Shown: positions 19,012 through 28,623 of the stretch, piece after piece
Layout of the letters: each line of letters starts with the position of its first letter
Position numbering within the stretch: the stretch's first letter is position 1
Origin: an uncultured virus (IMG/VR IMGVR_UViG_3300035208_000846)
Lineage: Duplodnaviria; Heunggongvirae; Uroviricota; Caudoviricetes
DNA: 64,000 nucleotides
Strand: one strand, 5' to 3'
IMG/VR virus record: IMGVR_UViG_3300035208_000846
The notes under the pieces: model-generated
The model's database searches: none
The model's input: only the letters and a program-made list of their open reading frames with translations
Told to the model about the DNA's origin: nothing
Program-made: the position numbers and the translations under genes

Positions 19012-19940
19012 GCTACCTCCATTCTGGCTCTTCGATGAACGATGTCTTTTACATGCGTCTGTGAGATTTCAAACATCCTGCCGATTATTCGGCATCCGAT
19101 GTATTGCGCACATTTGCGGATCATCCGCACGTCTTCATCACTGAGTTTCGCCTTTGGACTGTCAGAACCACGCCGAATCGCATTATGTGTCCCATGCCGA
19201 ATGCTATCCAATTGATTTGAGGATTTGGTATCCCATCTCAGGTTGCACAAACGATTGTCCATTCTGTTTCCGTTCTCATGACAGGCTTCCTGCCCTTCTG
19301 GTTTGGGACCAACAAATGCCTCTAGAACAAGTTGATGTACGGTCTTGGTCCTTTTCAGGCTTCGACCAGTTCTCATTACCAGCGAGAGGTATCCGCCATT
19401 ATTTGGAGCCGCAACACGTTTTCTCCATGATTTCCCAACCCGCCATCCGCGTAGTCCGGAAGCCTTCCAACAAGTCCATACTGACCCATCATCTCCGATG
19501 AGATACCCGGGGTAGTCTGGATGTTTACGAAATACGACTGACGACACGATCGGAATCGGGGGAAATGGCGGTCTTGTTCCGAGTTCTTTTCCTCGCTCAA
19601 CCCATAGTAGATTTTCAATGCGGTCATCCTCTGCATCCTCATTGATGTGTTGAGCGTATTGATCCTTCTCGGGAGCACCACGAAATATTTCTAGTATTAG
19701 ACGCGCTCTCGATACTCCCGCACATCCTGCAAACGTGATAGCGCGACCTCCATTGTGCGTTCGCGTCCCTCGCATTTCATGCCAGCAACCCGGTTTCTTT
19801 TGATTTCCCCGCTTCAAGGCGGACCAAATCCGACCATCGCTAGACGCGGCATAGCCAGGACGATCAGGAACGTGCCTGAATTCGACGCCTTGAATCTCTG
19901 GAAACGGGGGACAATCTGCAATAGACTGTGAAATAGCCAT
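19008..19940 (-). CDS. HNH homing endonuclease with two NUMOD4/HNH-like units and a C-terminal HTH
   Basis: PGYAASSDGRIW...HINEDAEDDRIENL and PGYLIGDDGSVW...CHENGNRMDNRLCNLRW; CAGGAG RBS before the ATG at 19940. Confidence 0.85.
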   Translation of the reverse strand: MAISQSIADCPPFPEIQGVEFRHVPDRPGYAASSDGRIWSALKRGNQKKPGCWHEMRGTRTHNGGRAITFAGCAGVSRARLILEIFRGAPEKDQYAQHINEDAEDDRIENLLWVERGKELGTRPPFPPIPIVSSVVFRKHPDYPGYLIGDDGSVWTCWKASGLRGWRVGKSWRKRVAAPNNGGYLSLVMRTGRSLKRTKTVHQLVLEAFVGPKPEGQEACHENGNRMDNRLCNLRWDTKSSNQLDSIRHGTHNAIRRGSDSPKAKLSDEDVRMIRKCAQYIGCRIIGRMFEISQTHVKDIVHRRARMEVA

Positions 19941-19971
19941 CGTTGAATTCTCCTGGATTCGATGGTGGTTA

Positions 19972-20036
19972 GAACAGCCGAGGTGGACCAACACCTTGGC
20001 TGTTCGTATTTTATTCAGCATCTATACATCCGTCAA
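19972..20036 (-). promoter_or_regulatory. sigma70-like promoter and leader hairpin of the HNH cassette
   Basis: TTGACG (20036-20031), 17 nt spacer, TAAAAT (20013-20008); hairpin at 19972-20005. Confidence 0.7.
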
Positions 20037-20114
20037 TCATGCCTTTCCGCGGTTTCCCCATCTTCCCCACCTTCCCATACGCCCCAACTGACTCATCGTG
20101 ATAATGCCGCTCAT
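20037..20114 (-). pseudogene. truncated 5' stub of the GT11 gene
   Basis: Translates MSGIITMSQLGRMGRWGRWGNRGKA*, matching the GT11 start MSGVITMRELGRCGRWGNQ. Confidence 0.8.
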
Positions 20115-21016
20115 TTGAACACCGCTGCTCCGGTTGCCATATTTAGCATCACAATCTTGTTGTCCTCTCGGATGTATTGTGCGATCGACCGTGATAGGGA
20201 CAGAAACGTGTAATCGTGCTTTTCACCGTTGACGGCGTCGATCAACTCAAGATAATACGCCGGCGCGAGGTAACATTTCTCAATCGGCCCTCGTTCGTAA
20301 TTCGATCGGTCTCCCGTTTTGATCCGATGATCGTATTCGAGCCCATCGACACACTTCACCCGATTCCCGGCAACCAACCATTCCTTCATGAAGAAGAAAG
20401 AATCCTGTGCGCCATATGCCAGGAACCATTTCTCGTCCTGACGATTCTCTGCCTTGAAATAATCCGGCTGTTCCAGGTCGAACCGCTTGCCACGGTATTT
20501 GCCGAAAATATCCAGAAACGTCTTCCTGTGAATGAACTGGTTTCCCGTGTTCACGAAACACCAGTACATGCTCGCGTCTCTGGCAACGATGTCAAGGATC
20601 GTTTGCCTATCCCATGTTCCGATGAACTTCCGGTAATCGAAGGTTGGGTTCGCCTTGGATGCACAGTACCAGCAGTCGTCCTCCCACGGTTGTTGTTCCG
20701 CGAGGATGTCGTAATAGTTGCGATCCATGATGTTATCACTGTCACACATCAGGCACCAATCCGATGTTGCCTGCCAGACGGATTCCAGCTTGTTGCCGAA
20801 TACGTGGAGTCTCGCCGGATTCTGAACAAACCGCAACTTTTGGATAGGTGCCAGTTCGCAGGCCAGGTAAGCCCAGTCCGGCGTCCCATCGTTCACGACT
20901 ATGATCTCGTCAACGTGGGGATTGTCCTGCGCCGCTTTCAGACACTCCATAATCCACTGGCAGCCACCCCGTCTGCTTTCATCGTAAGCCGTCACGCAGA
21001 CACTAAGGCTAGGCAT
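20111..21016 (-). CDS. GT2-like glycosyltransferase
   Basis: LSVCVTAYDE, IIVVNDGT, MCDSDN. Confidence 0.8.
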   Translation of the reverse strand: MPSLSVCVTAYDESRRGGCQWIMECLKAAQDNPHVDEIIVVNDGTPDWAYLACELAPIQKLRFVQNPARLHVFGNKLESVWQATSDWCLMCDSDNIMDRNYYDILAEQQPWEDDCWYCASKANPTFDYRKFIGTWDRQTILDIVARDASMYWCFVNTGNQFIHRKTFLDIFGKYRGKRFDLEQPDYFKAENRQDEKWFLAYGAQDSFFFMKEWLVAGNRVKCVDGLEYDHRIKTGDRSNYERGPIEKCYLAPAYYLELIDAVNGEKHDYTFLSLSRSIAQYIREDNKIVMLNMATGAAVFK

Positions 21017-21839
21017 TTGATCCCCCGTTCCGTTTTGGAAATTCCTGCGCAAAGGCAGCAAGGTTTTCGAGATAGATGTCGTGCATTGGCCGGTTAAGGA
21101 GTCGGCACCAGTAGGCGTCCTGGTCGGGATGCTGTTTGTCGATCCATGGCGCATACCCGCTACAGGTGTGCGTAATGATCGTCCCGTCCCAAGTCGAATT
21201 CCAGTAGCAGACCAGATCAGAACGGATGCGAGCGAATTTGTCGTAGAACACCAAGTTGAATATCGGCTGATCCGTCCCGTTGACAACGTGGCAGTTGACC
21301 GGAGCGACATTCTTGCGCATCGCAATCAATCGCTCCCTTGCGAACGGCATTCGCGTTCTGGGGTGGTAGAGCATGACTCCCGTGTTGAATTGCTGCCGCT
21401 TCCGGTCGTATTCGCTCCATAACCACTTGAAGCATTCTTGGCGATCCGGTTCCTGTAACTCCTCTGGCGTTGCCCAATACGTGAATGCGTGCTCAAGCGT
21501 AAACAGTTCTCTGTCCGCAAGCACGTCTCCCCATCCAACCTCGTGCAACAATGGTTCGAGTGGATTCTGAATCAGCACGTCGCAATCCGCGTAGAGAACA
21601 ATATCCCACTGCTGGAAGAAGTCGTCGAATACCGCGAACTTGCGATAGTGCCGATCCTCTCTGTCTAGCAAGACGCGGATTCCGCGTTGCTCAAACTCCT
21701 CTGCATCTATTTCCGGCGGAGCTATCAGACAGTAATCTCCACGCCATTGCCCCTGCCGCTTGGCGTTCACGAATACCGCCTTGGCGTGAGGCAAATAGCC
21801 TTCATCTGCAACAAGCACGAATATAGGTCTCAGCCTCAT
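21009..21839 (-). CDS. GT8-like glycosyltransferase
   Basis: LVADEGY, VLYADCDVLI, FNTGVM, DQPIFN. Confidence 0.85.
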   Translation of the reverse strand: MRLRPIFVLVADEGYLPHAKAVFVNAKRQGQWRGDYCLIAPPEIDAEEFEQRGIRVLLDREDRHYRKFAVFDDFFQQWDIVLYADCDVLIQNPLEPLLHEVGWGDVLADRELFTLEHAFTYWATPEELQEPDRQECFKWLWSEYDRKRQQFNTGVMLYHPRTRMPFARERLIAMRKNVAPVNCHVVNGTDQPIFNLVFYDKFARIRSDLVCYWNSTWDGTIITHTCSGYAPWIDKQHPDQDAYWCRLLNRPMHDIYLENLAAFAQEFPKRNGGSNA

Positions 21840-22375
21840 GGTTTCTGGACGATCCAGTTCTTGTAAATTTCATCGTCGGTCAGCAGCACCGGCAATCCGG
21901 TTTCCGCGACGAAACGGTCAACATCCTTGGCAACCGTGATGTAATCGCCGACTCCTCCGGTCACGTAATCATGGCCCATCATCCAGCCTCCGGATTTGAC
22001 CTTCGGCCACCATGCCCGGATGTCCGCATAGCATTGCAGGTGATTCGCGTCGATGTAGAGCCAGTCGAAATACTGATCCGGAAAACACGGGGCGGCGTCT
22101 AGCGAGTACGCCTTTATCATGCGGATTTGCTCGTTTGTGGCAAACCAGCGAAGGCACTGCTTGTACTTCACGTCATGGGCGGAGTTTGCCGGATCGTGGC
22201 CGTAGATCTCCACCGGCTGTTCTTCCCAGCAGTCGATCAAGTAGAGAAGTCTGGGCTCCGCACGTTGGAATATGACTTTCGAGAACTCCCCCCAATCAAC
22301 TCCGATCTCCGCCCCGATTCCTCCCCTTGGAAGTGAGGCGAAGATTGTTTCTCTATCACGCAAATCCCATTGCAT
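21836..22375 (-). CDS. class I SAM-dependent methyltransferase (Methyltransf_24-like)
   Basis: GAEIGVDWG, FDWLYIDANH, GGWMMGHDY. Confidence 0.85.
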   Translation of the reverse strand: MQWDLRDRETIFASLPRGGIGAEIGVDWGEFSKVIFQRAEPRLLYLIDCWEEQPVEIYGHDPANSAHDVKYKQCLRWFATNEQIRMIKAYSLDAAPCFPDQYFDWLYIDANHLQCYADIRAWWPKVKSGGWMMGHDYVTGGVGDYITVAKDVDRFVAETGLPVLLTDDEIYKNWIVQKP

Positions 22376-22387
22376 GACGCCGCCTTT

Positions 22388-23314
22388 CTAGACTATCGAG
22401 TTACGCCGATACCAGTCGATGATTGATGGAAGCGCATCGGTCATTGTTCGTGGCTGATATTCCGGCCAGATCGACAGGAGTTTGTCGATGCACAACCATT
22501 GATCCTTAATTTCCAAAAGTGTTTTTGGCCGATCCCATTCTTCGGGAGTGATGTTCTCTTTGCCCATCGCCCGGCAAATCAATTGAATCGCCTCCCGAAC
22601 CGTATGGCATTCACCGGAACCTACATTGAAAGTCTGGCCCCACTTGCCGGCGGCCATGATCTTCTGATACGCATCGCACGCATCGCCGACATAGACAAAT
22701 TCCCTGCGGAAACGCTCCGCTCCGGTCGTGATTTGCGGGCGCTTTCCATCGAGTAGGCGAAGAATTGTTCGCGGCACCAGTCGGCTATGATTCGGATCGC
22801 CAGCGCCATAGACGTTGGCGCACCGAACTGACGTTACCGGAACTTGGTAATTGACGGCATAGGCTCTCATCAGGTGGCTCACACACGCCTTGCTCGTCTC
22901 GTAAATCGCCTCCGGAACAATCGCCTGACTCTCCTTGTACGGGACTGGTCCGCTGCCATAGGACTTGTCGCTTTCGGCCACCAGGATTCCAGTTACCCGA
23001 TCCGATTGCCTCGCCGCCTCCAGAATCGTCGCCGTTCCCATGACGTTGACATTCATGCAGTTGACAGGATCAAGACGGCAATTCCTGACAATCGCTTTGC
23101 TTGCGAGATGGTAAATCTGGTCGATCTCCCAATCGACGATGATCTCTAACATTCTGCGGAAATCGAGAATATTGCCCTGTACTTGGGCACATGGCAAATC
23201 GTGCGCTACTCGGTCGTGGTACAGCCCAACGACACAATCCCCATTGGCAATCAATTTGGAAACCAGATGTTGCCCAATGAAGCCAGCGGCACCCGTAACC
23301 AGAATGTTCATCAA
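22388..23314 (-). CDS. NDP-sugar 4,6-dehydratase/epimerase (extended SDR)
   Basis: TGAAGFIG, SDKSYG, YETSK, RCANVYGAGD. Confidence 0.88.
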   Translation of the reverse strand: MMNILVTGAAGFIGQHLVSKLIANGDCVVGLYHDRVAHDLPCAQVQGNILDFRRMLEIIVDWEIDQIYHLASKAIVRNCRLDPVNCMNVNVMGTATILEAARQSDRVTGILVAESDKSYGSGPVPYKESQAIVPEAIYETSKACVSHLMRAYAVNYQVPVTSVRCANVYGAGDPNHSRLVPRTILRLLDGKRPQITTGAERFRREFVYVGDACDAYQKIMAAGKWGQTFNVGSGECHTVREAIQLICRAMGKENITPEEWDRPKTLLEIKDQWLCIDKLLSIWPEYQPRTMTDALPSIIDWYRRNSIV

Positions 23315-24417
23315 TACACCATCGCCGCCTGGCGCGCCTCTCTGAGTTGTCGTTCTGTCAAATTAGGGTCGAGATACGTGATGTCGTCGTTTCTGTAGCC
23401 CGTTACGATCCTTCCCAGGCGAGCTGCGGCAAGTTGCCAGCCCCGCGTGTAGGGAATTGGCTGGTAATACCCAACACACCAGCCACTCATGTACTTCCGG
23501 TTGCGATCCATGAAGTTGACAGTGTGCTCCAGACTTTCAGGCGTCTCTCCGGGGAACCCCATCAGGAACAAGGCAGCGACGCGCACATTTCGCTCGTAGA
23601 GGTTTTGCAACGCATCTTCTGCCTCTGCCGGTGTGAATGTCTTTCCCATCGCCTTGAGCATTCGACTATCGCCGCTCTCAATGCCGATCTGAACTTCCAT
23701 CGGATGGATGATCTGGATGGCGTCCAAGACCTTCGGAACCAGATGCTTGACGTGTACGAAAAATTGGACTTTGCATCGCAGATCAACGCCGATCCTATCG
23801 CACGCATCCAGAATGTCGAGCATCCGTTGGGAATTAACTGCGAATATGTCGTCAACGAAGAACACCCGAGAACGGCCGAACGTGTTTACGATTAGCGCCG
23901 CGTTTTTCGCGGTACGCTCCGGACTGAACTGAACCACCTTTGGTTCTGTGTTGTTGCAGAAGTGGCAATGGTACGGACAGCCCCGACTCGTCATCATTTC
24001 AACAATACTGTCCGCCCTGTTGAGCTTTCCGAAATCAAGCTCCGACCATTCCGGGTAAGTTGAATAATCGACTTTCTCGTCGTGCAACCACCGCTCTCCG
24101 CCGCCGGTCCAGCCCTGAACCCCAAGGGAATCCAGCCATGCCTTGTCTTCAGGAAGAATCGCATTCACAGCCTTGCCGCCAAGAGTTATCGTTCTTTGCG
24201 ATCTCCGAACCAGACTTTCCAAGTCGTCTCGCACTTGCTGGCACAAGTCAATTGCCGAATATCCAATCGCGTCATACGCTGCCCAATCATGGTCTTCGTC
24301 AGCATACGCAACGTCGATCGTGTGACCATGCTTGCGACCATAGACGGCTAGGTCCAGCAAGGCAATTGCCGTTCGTGGTTCTCGTTGCTCGTAATGCTGA
24401 GTCAGGAGGATTTTCAT
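23311..24417 (-). CDS. radical SAM protein (cobalamin-binding class B-like)
   Basis: TSRGCPYHCHFC, FVDDIF, GIESG, MGFPGET. Confidence 0.85.
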   Translation of the reverse strand: MKILLTQHYEQREPRTAIALLDLAVYGRKHGHTIDVAYADEDHDWAAYDAIGYSAIDLCQQVRDDLESLVRRSQRTITLGGKAVNAILPEDKAWLDSLGVQGWTGGGERWLHDEKVDYSTYPEWSELDFGKLNRADSIVEMMTSRGCPYHCHFCNNTEPKVVQFSPERTAKNAALIVNTFGRSRVFFVDDIFAVNSQRMLDILDACDRIGVDLRCKVQFFVHVKHLVPKVLDAIQIIHPMEVQIGIESGDSRMLKAMGKTFTPAEAEDALQNLYERNVRVAALFLMGFPGETPESLEHTVNFMDRNRKYMSGWCVGYYQPIPYTRGWQLAAARLGRIVTGYRNDDITYLDPNLTERQLREARQAAMVY

Positions 24418-25184
24418 TCCCGGCGTCCCTCTGCCCATTCGTAAGAATCATATTGGAAATCCTCCAGCCGATTCGCCCACACATGGGGTCCGAGTGTTTT
24501 CAGAAAGTGCGAAAACACAGTCACGCCTTGGCCGATGTCTGATGGACCGTCAATCTGAAAGACCATCCCCGGCGTGAATGAGTAACACTGGATGGTCGGC
24601 TGGAGCATAATCATGGCGTGGTCGCTGCCTCTTGATTGCGGCATCTTCTCGTCCATCGCGTTCAGGAGGAATTCCACGTACCTCCCGTTCACGAGATAGC
24701 CCTGATTGGAGAACGCTCCGTAGACGCGGTGGATGTACTTGATGTCCGTCTGCTCGAAATCCCGGCCCAGTGTATCTTTGTGCCAGACTGGCGGATTGAC
24801 ATGGTAGGTTGCCCCGAGATAGAAAATGTCCCACGCCTTATCGAAGTGCTCGTGGATATACTGTAGCCTTTCCCGGAAGTCCTCGCATAACAAGGCGTCG
24901 TCTTCAAGCACGCCAACAACGTCGTCAGTCCCTCTGACTTTCTCCCAGACCGCTAGATGGGAGAGCCAGTTTCCGACCGTGTTCGGCGTCTGCATCATCA
25001 GGCGGATATTTTCCGGGCGTCCCTTGTAGTCCGAGAACCGCAACGCCGGAAATCGCTGGGCCTGAATCCCAGCCTTCGTCAATTCCTTGGCAATGTGCTG
25101 GCGACGATCCGCGCGATGGTCCAGGTTGATGTACCACCACTGAATGTCGTCTGGTTTAGGAAACACCGCAATCCTCCCTCGCAT
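24414..25184 (-). CDS. GT25 glycosyltransferase
   Basis: YINLDHRADRR, LSHLAVW, VLEDDA, IFYLG. Confidence 0.85.
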   Translation of the reverse strand: MRGRIAVFPKPDDIQWWYINLDHRADRRQHIAKELTKAGIQAQRFPALRFSDYKGRPENIRLMMQTPNTVGNWLSHLAVWEKVRGTDDVVGVLEDDALLCEDFRERLQYIHEHFDKAWDIFYLGATYHVNPPVWHKDTLGRDFEQTDIKYIHRVYGAFSNQGYLVNGRYVEFLLNAMDEKMPQSRGSDHAMIMLQPTIQCYSFTPGMVFQIDGPSDIGQGVTVFSHFLKTLGPHVWANRLEDFQYDSYEWAEGRRE

Positions 25185-25941
25185 AGAGTTTGTTGATTGC
25201 TGTCTTGCCGAGGAATTTGTATCCGTTACTCAAGACCATCGGCTCCCACGCATCCGAAATGTCTTCTCCCCATCCGACCTCACAATACGTTCGGTATTCG
25301 ATGCAGAACACTTTTGGCCTGCACATCTTCCAAGGCCAGGCTTCGAGAACTGCTTTCTCGTGGCCTTCCACATCAATGCTGCAAAACTGGCAGTCGGCGA
25401 ATTTTCTGAAGTCCGGAATGTCCAGCACGTCTCGCATCGTCATGCAATCAACAACTTTGGTTGTCTTCGGGCTCTCCGCCCAGTCTTGCTCGCATGAACT
25501 GATCTGTCCGTTGACATAGAGCGATATGGTTCCCGTCCTATTCGAGATAACCGCTGGAAAGATCATGTCGCCGGGTCGCCACATTGCCAACTGGTAGACC
25601 ATGCTCGGAAGCGGTTCAATCAACAGGCCGCGCCATCCTCGCTGATACAGCTTCCATGTATTGCTACAGTCTTTTGGGTAACTCGCTCCGATGTCGATAT
25701 AGAGTCCCGGATTCGGACAGACACTCAGTACAATGCCGTCTTCGTCGCACTGCGCCCCTTCGCGTGAAATGTCGGGATATTTGCGGTTGTAATACTCAGC
25801 GGTCCCCCTGACCATCTCGCTGGCAGTTCTCAATGCGCCACGTACGTCTTGATTGCCATCTCCCAGACGCTCAACCATCGCTCGGCATTGATCGAGAACA
25901 TAGCCAGTCATTTGGATGATCTGCAACTCGGGGTCGTTCAT
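25156..25941 (-). CDS. FkbM-family methyltransferase
   Basis: YIDIGAS...SNT...GWRGLLIEP, SIDVEGHE. Confidence 0.85.
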   Translation of the reverse strand: MNDPELQIIQMTGYVLDQCRAMVERLGDGNQDVRGALRTASEMVRGTAEYYNRKYPDISREGAQCDEDGIVLSVCPNPGLYIDIGASYPKDCSNTWKLYQRGWRGLLIEPLPSMVYQLAMWRPGDMIFPAVISNRTGTISLYVNGQISSCEQDWAESPKTTKVVDCMTMRDVLDIPDFRKFADCQFCSIDVEGHEKAVLEAWPWKMCRPKVFCIEYRTYCEVGWGEDISDAWEPMVLSNGYKFLGKTAINKLYAREDCGVS

Positions 25942-26609
25942 GCAATCTCCCGATTCCTGAATAGCGCGTTCTCGTTCGCGTACCGCCCGACCAACTCCCA
26001 GTCGGGCAGCATCTCGCAAATCTCTATCAGCGACGGCTCACCATCGTAGAGCGGCGAGTCGTAAGCCTCGATGTAGAGCCAGCGTGTTCTCTTTAGCGTT
26101 TCCTTTCCGCCCCGGATGATCTTCGCCTGTGCGCCCTGCGGATCGCACCAGATGAAGTCGATCGCCTCGGGAAGCCAGTCCTTCCTTGCGGCCCGCCAGG
26201 CGTCAAGCGTCGTCGTCCGCACTGGGACTTGGTTGTGGAAGGTAATTTCAGGCGACCGCTCCAGGTGCCGCGTCGGCGCACAGATCGAACTCGACAAGTC
26301 CCAATCGCGGTTCTTCCACGTCGGCCCGCTGGATTGCCAGAGTTGCGCCACGCCGCATTCATCCGACACGGCGAGTTGCAGGAGATACGCCCGATGATTC
26401 TTCACGTTCTCCCGGAATGCCGTTGCCGCCCGGGGGTCCGGCTCGAAGCAATACATCTTGGCTTGCGGGAAGGCTTCAAGGAACTTCACGGTGTCCGTGC
26501 CGTCGTTGCAGCCGATCTCGACAATCACGTCCGGCGCTCGGCCAAGCCAATAGCGGATCGCATCCGGTGCCATGTCCTGCGGGACTACAATCGGGAATCG
26601 CGGCTTCAA
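25938..26609 (-). CDS. FkbM-family methyltransferase
   Basis: IVEIGCNDG, CFEPDP, IWCDPQGAQ. Confidence 0.85.
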   Translation of the reverse strand: MKPRFPIVVPQDMAPDAIRYWLGRAPDVIVEIGCNDGTDTVKFLEAFPQAKMYCFEPDPRAATAFRENVKNHRAYLLQLAVSDECGVAQLWQSSGPTWKNRDWDLSSSICAPTRHLERSPEITFHNQVPVRTTTLDAWRAARKDWLPEAIDFIWCDPQGAQAKIIRGGKETLKRTRWLYIEAYDSPLYDGEPSLIEICEMLPDWELVGRYANENALFRNREIA

Positions 26610-27364
26610 CTGTTCTTGTATCGTTCCCTGTTGCGTACATTCGCTTCCGGCTCCCACCAGTCATTCTCCCTTCTGTTGGCAATGTGAAACATCGCGTGGT
26701 CCGCGTCAGTGAAGATCAACGCCTGGTAGCGCTTTCCGTACTGACGGTGGATTTCCCTGTTCATCCAAATGTCTTCGTACCCGGCGCCCTCGTATTCCTC
26801 GTTGAATCGGAGGCCACCCAGCTTGACTCGCTCGATTGTGAACTGCGAGTTGCCGAAGACCGGCCATCCGTTGAACATCCAGAGGTGCGCCGAACCGTAG
26901 GCTTCGTGCATCTCGGGATATTCTTCGTAATGATCGAAGGCAATCCGCAAGGCGTGCGAATCGTTCTCCATCGTCTCGGCGAAATCTTCCGGCAACCGGC
27001 GGACCCGGTAGCAGACCTTGGTTAGCCGCCGGCTGGTGGCGATGGATGCCGCGTGAAAGAAGCGGTCTCCGACCAGTGCATCGGCGTCCAGAAACGTCAG
27101 AATCCGCCCGGTCGATTCGTTGATGCCGATGTTTTGGAGACGCGGCTTGTTGAACAACTCGCCGGTCCTGTCAACGTTGATAACCCGGACATGAAGTAAT
27201 TGGCGATCCGGCAATTCCAGATCGCCATCGGCCCGTTCGTTGACAACAACAGCCTCCACGTCCTCGTCCCAGAACGGAGGCATGACATCTTCCAGCCTTT
27301 GCAGACAGGCGTTCAGATTCTTCTCCCGCTTCCTGTGCGGGATGATAATCGAGTATTGCAGCAT
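26606..27364 (-). CDS. GT2/GT7C-like glycosyltransferase
   Basis: SIIIPHR, FNKPRLQNIG, FLDAD, FNEEYEGAGYED. Confidence 0.8.
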   Translation of the reverse strand: MLQYSIIIPHRKREKNLNACLQRLEDVMPPFWDEDVEAVVVNERADGDLELPDRQLLHVRVINVDRTGELFNKPRLQNIGINESTGRILTFLDADALVGDRFFHAASIATSRRLTKVCYRVRRLPEDFAETMENDSHALRIAFDHYEEYPEMHEAYGSAHLWMFNGWPVFGNSQFTIERVKLGGLRFNEEYEGAGYEDIWMNREIHRQYGKRYQALIFTDADHAMFHIANRRENDWWEPEANVRNRERYKNS

Positions 27365-27429
27365 TTTTTCTCCCAGCCCGCGCCGCTACGATTCTCCCAA
27401 AAAAACAGATTCCTACAAGTCGGGTTCCG

Positions 27430-27744
27430 CTACGTGAACTCCGGTTCAATCAGATCGGATAGGGATGCAACAGCCGCCACAATCGCTCCCATTGCTGTGG
27501 CAAGTTCGGCGTTTTCCTCGGCCAGTTGCCAGAGATCAGACAGTTCGACCATCTGCTCCGTGCGTGGCTCTGGCATGTGCTCCTTGGTGGCGTAGTTGTA
27601 CCTGTGGAATCGGAGCGTTGCCGTGGATGTGCCGTCTTCGAGGATGCGGACAAATAGCCCGCTCAACCACCAGTCGGGGTATTCGCCTTTTGCGCGAGCC
27701 TCGACGGTCTCGGTAGTCCTGCCTGGTATTCTCGGGAGTTCCAT
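27430..27744 (-). CDS. hypothetical protein
   Basis: 104 aa with an RBS, after the fibre-like gene. Confidence 0.55.
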   Translation of the reverse strand: MELPRIPGRTTETVEARAKGEYPDWWLSGLFVRILEDGTSTATLRFHRYNYATKEHMPEPRTEQMVELSDLWQLAEENAELATAMGAIVAAVASLSDLIEPEFT

Positions 27745-27756
27745 AATGCTATCCTA

Positions 27757-28620
27757 TTAACTGTCAGTATATCCGGTGTATAGTCCGCTCTTGAAATGAA
27801 GTGTTCGCGTTCCGCCGCCGACTTTGGCAACAGCTACATCTGCGGTGGCTCCCACCGTGCCGTCGCTGGATTGATACCCGGCGGCCTTGAGTGGTTTTGA
27901 CAAAGTTGCCAGCGTGCCATTGCTGATGAGCGTGGTGGTGCCGGCGGCGTCGAGTTTGAGGCCGACGGTGTCGGAGGGGATGGAGAGTTCGCCAGTGCCA
28001 CGGTCTATCTCCATCCTCTTAACGTTTGAACTAACACGATCATAGACGATGATATTGCCGCCAGTGTAGATTGCGATCCCGTAGCCCACTGCAGACCACA
28101 AGGATAACGCATTGTCTCCCATAACATTCAGTGCATTCGACGCACGTACTTCAGCGTCACCATTGGACTTTACGTTCCCCCTGAGCCAGTACGTTGCGCG
28201 GTCGTCATATCCATACGTAATCCAGCCATCTTGATCCGCCGCCTGGCGTATCGTCGCCTGGGAGAACGTGCCAGTTGTTGGCGTTGCCCCTCCTATCGCT
28301 GCACCGTCGATTGAGCCGCCAGTGATGGCAACAGCGTCGGCGTCCTGCGTAGCCATTGTGCCGAGACTGAGCAGTCCACGCATCGCCGCGTAATCATCAG
28401 CCGCCACGAGGCCCTGCCCATCAGTGGATGGCGCTACGCCGCTCCAGGTGTCAAGATTGGCCGAGTAAGCCTGCACGTCTGCACCAACAGCAAGCCCACC
28501 CAACGCCGCCGCGATTGCTTGGAAGTTGGCGTCCCATGCCTGCCCTGCCGATCCGGTGGCCGTTCCGGTGAATTTGTATATCCCGGTAGAGCCGATCTCT
28601 TCAAATCCGTCGTAGGACAT
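27757..28620 (-). CDS. fibre-like virion protein
   Basis: GADVQAYSANLD, LSLGTMATQDADAVAITGGSIDG; Gly/Ala/Thr-rich. Confidence 0.6.
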   Translation of the reverse strand: MSYDGFEEIGSTGIYKFTGTATGSAGQAWDANFQAIAAALGGLAVGADVQAYSANLDTWSGVAPSTDGQGLVAADDYAAMRGLLSLGTMATQDADAVAITGGSIDGAAIGGATPTTGTFSQATIRQAADQDGWITYGYDDRATYWLRGNVKSNGDAEVRASNALNVMGDNALSLWSAVGYGIAIYTGGNIIVYDRVSSNVKRMEIDRGTGELSIPSDTVGLKLDAAGTTTLISNGTLATLSKPLKAAGYQSSDGTVGATADVAVAKVGGGTRTLHFKSGLYTGYTDS

Positions 28621-28623
28621 TCC

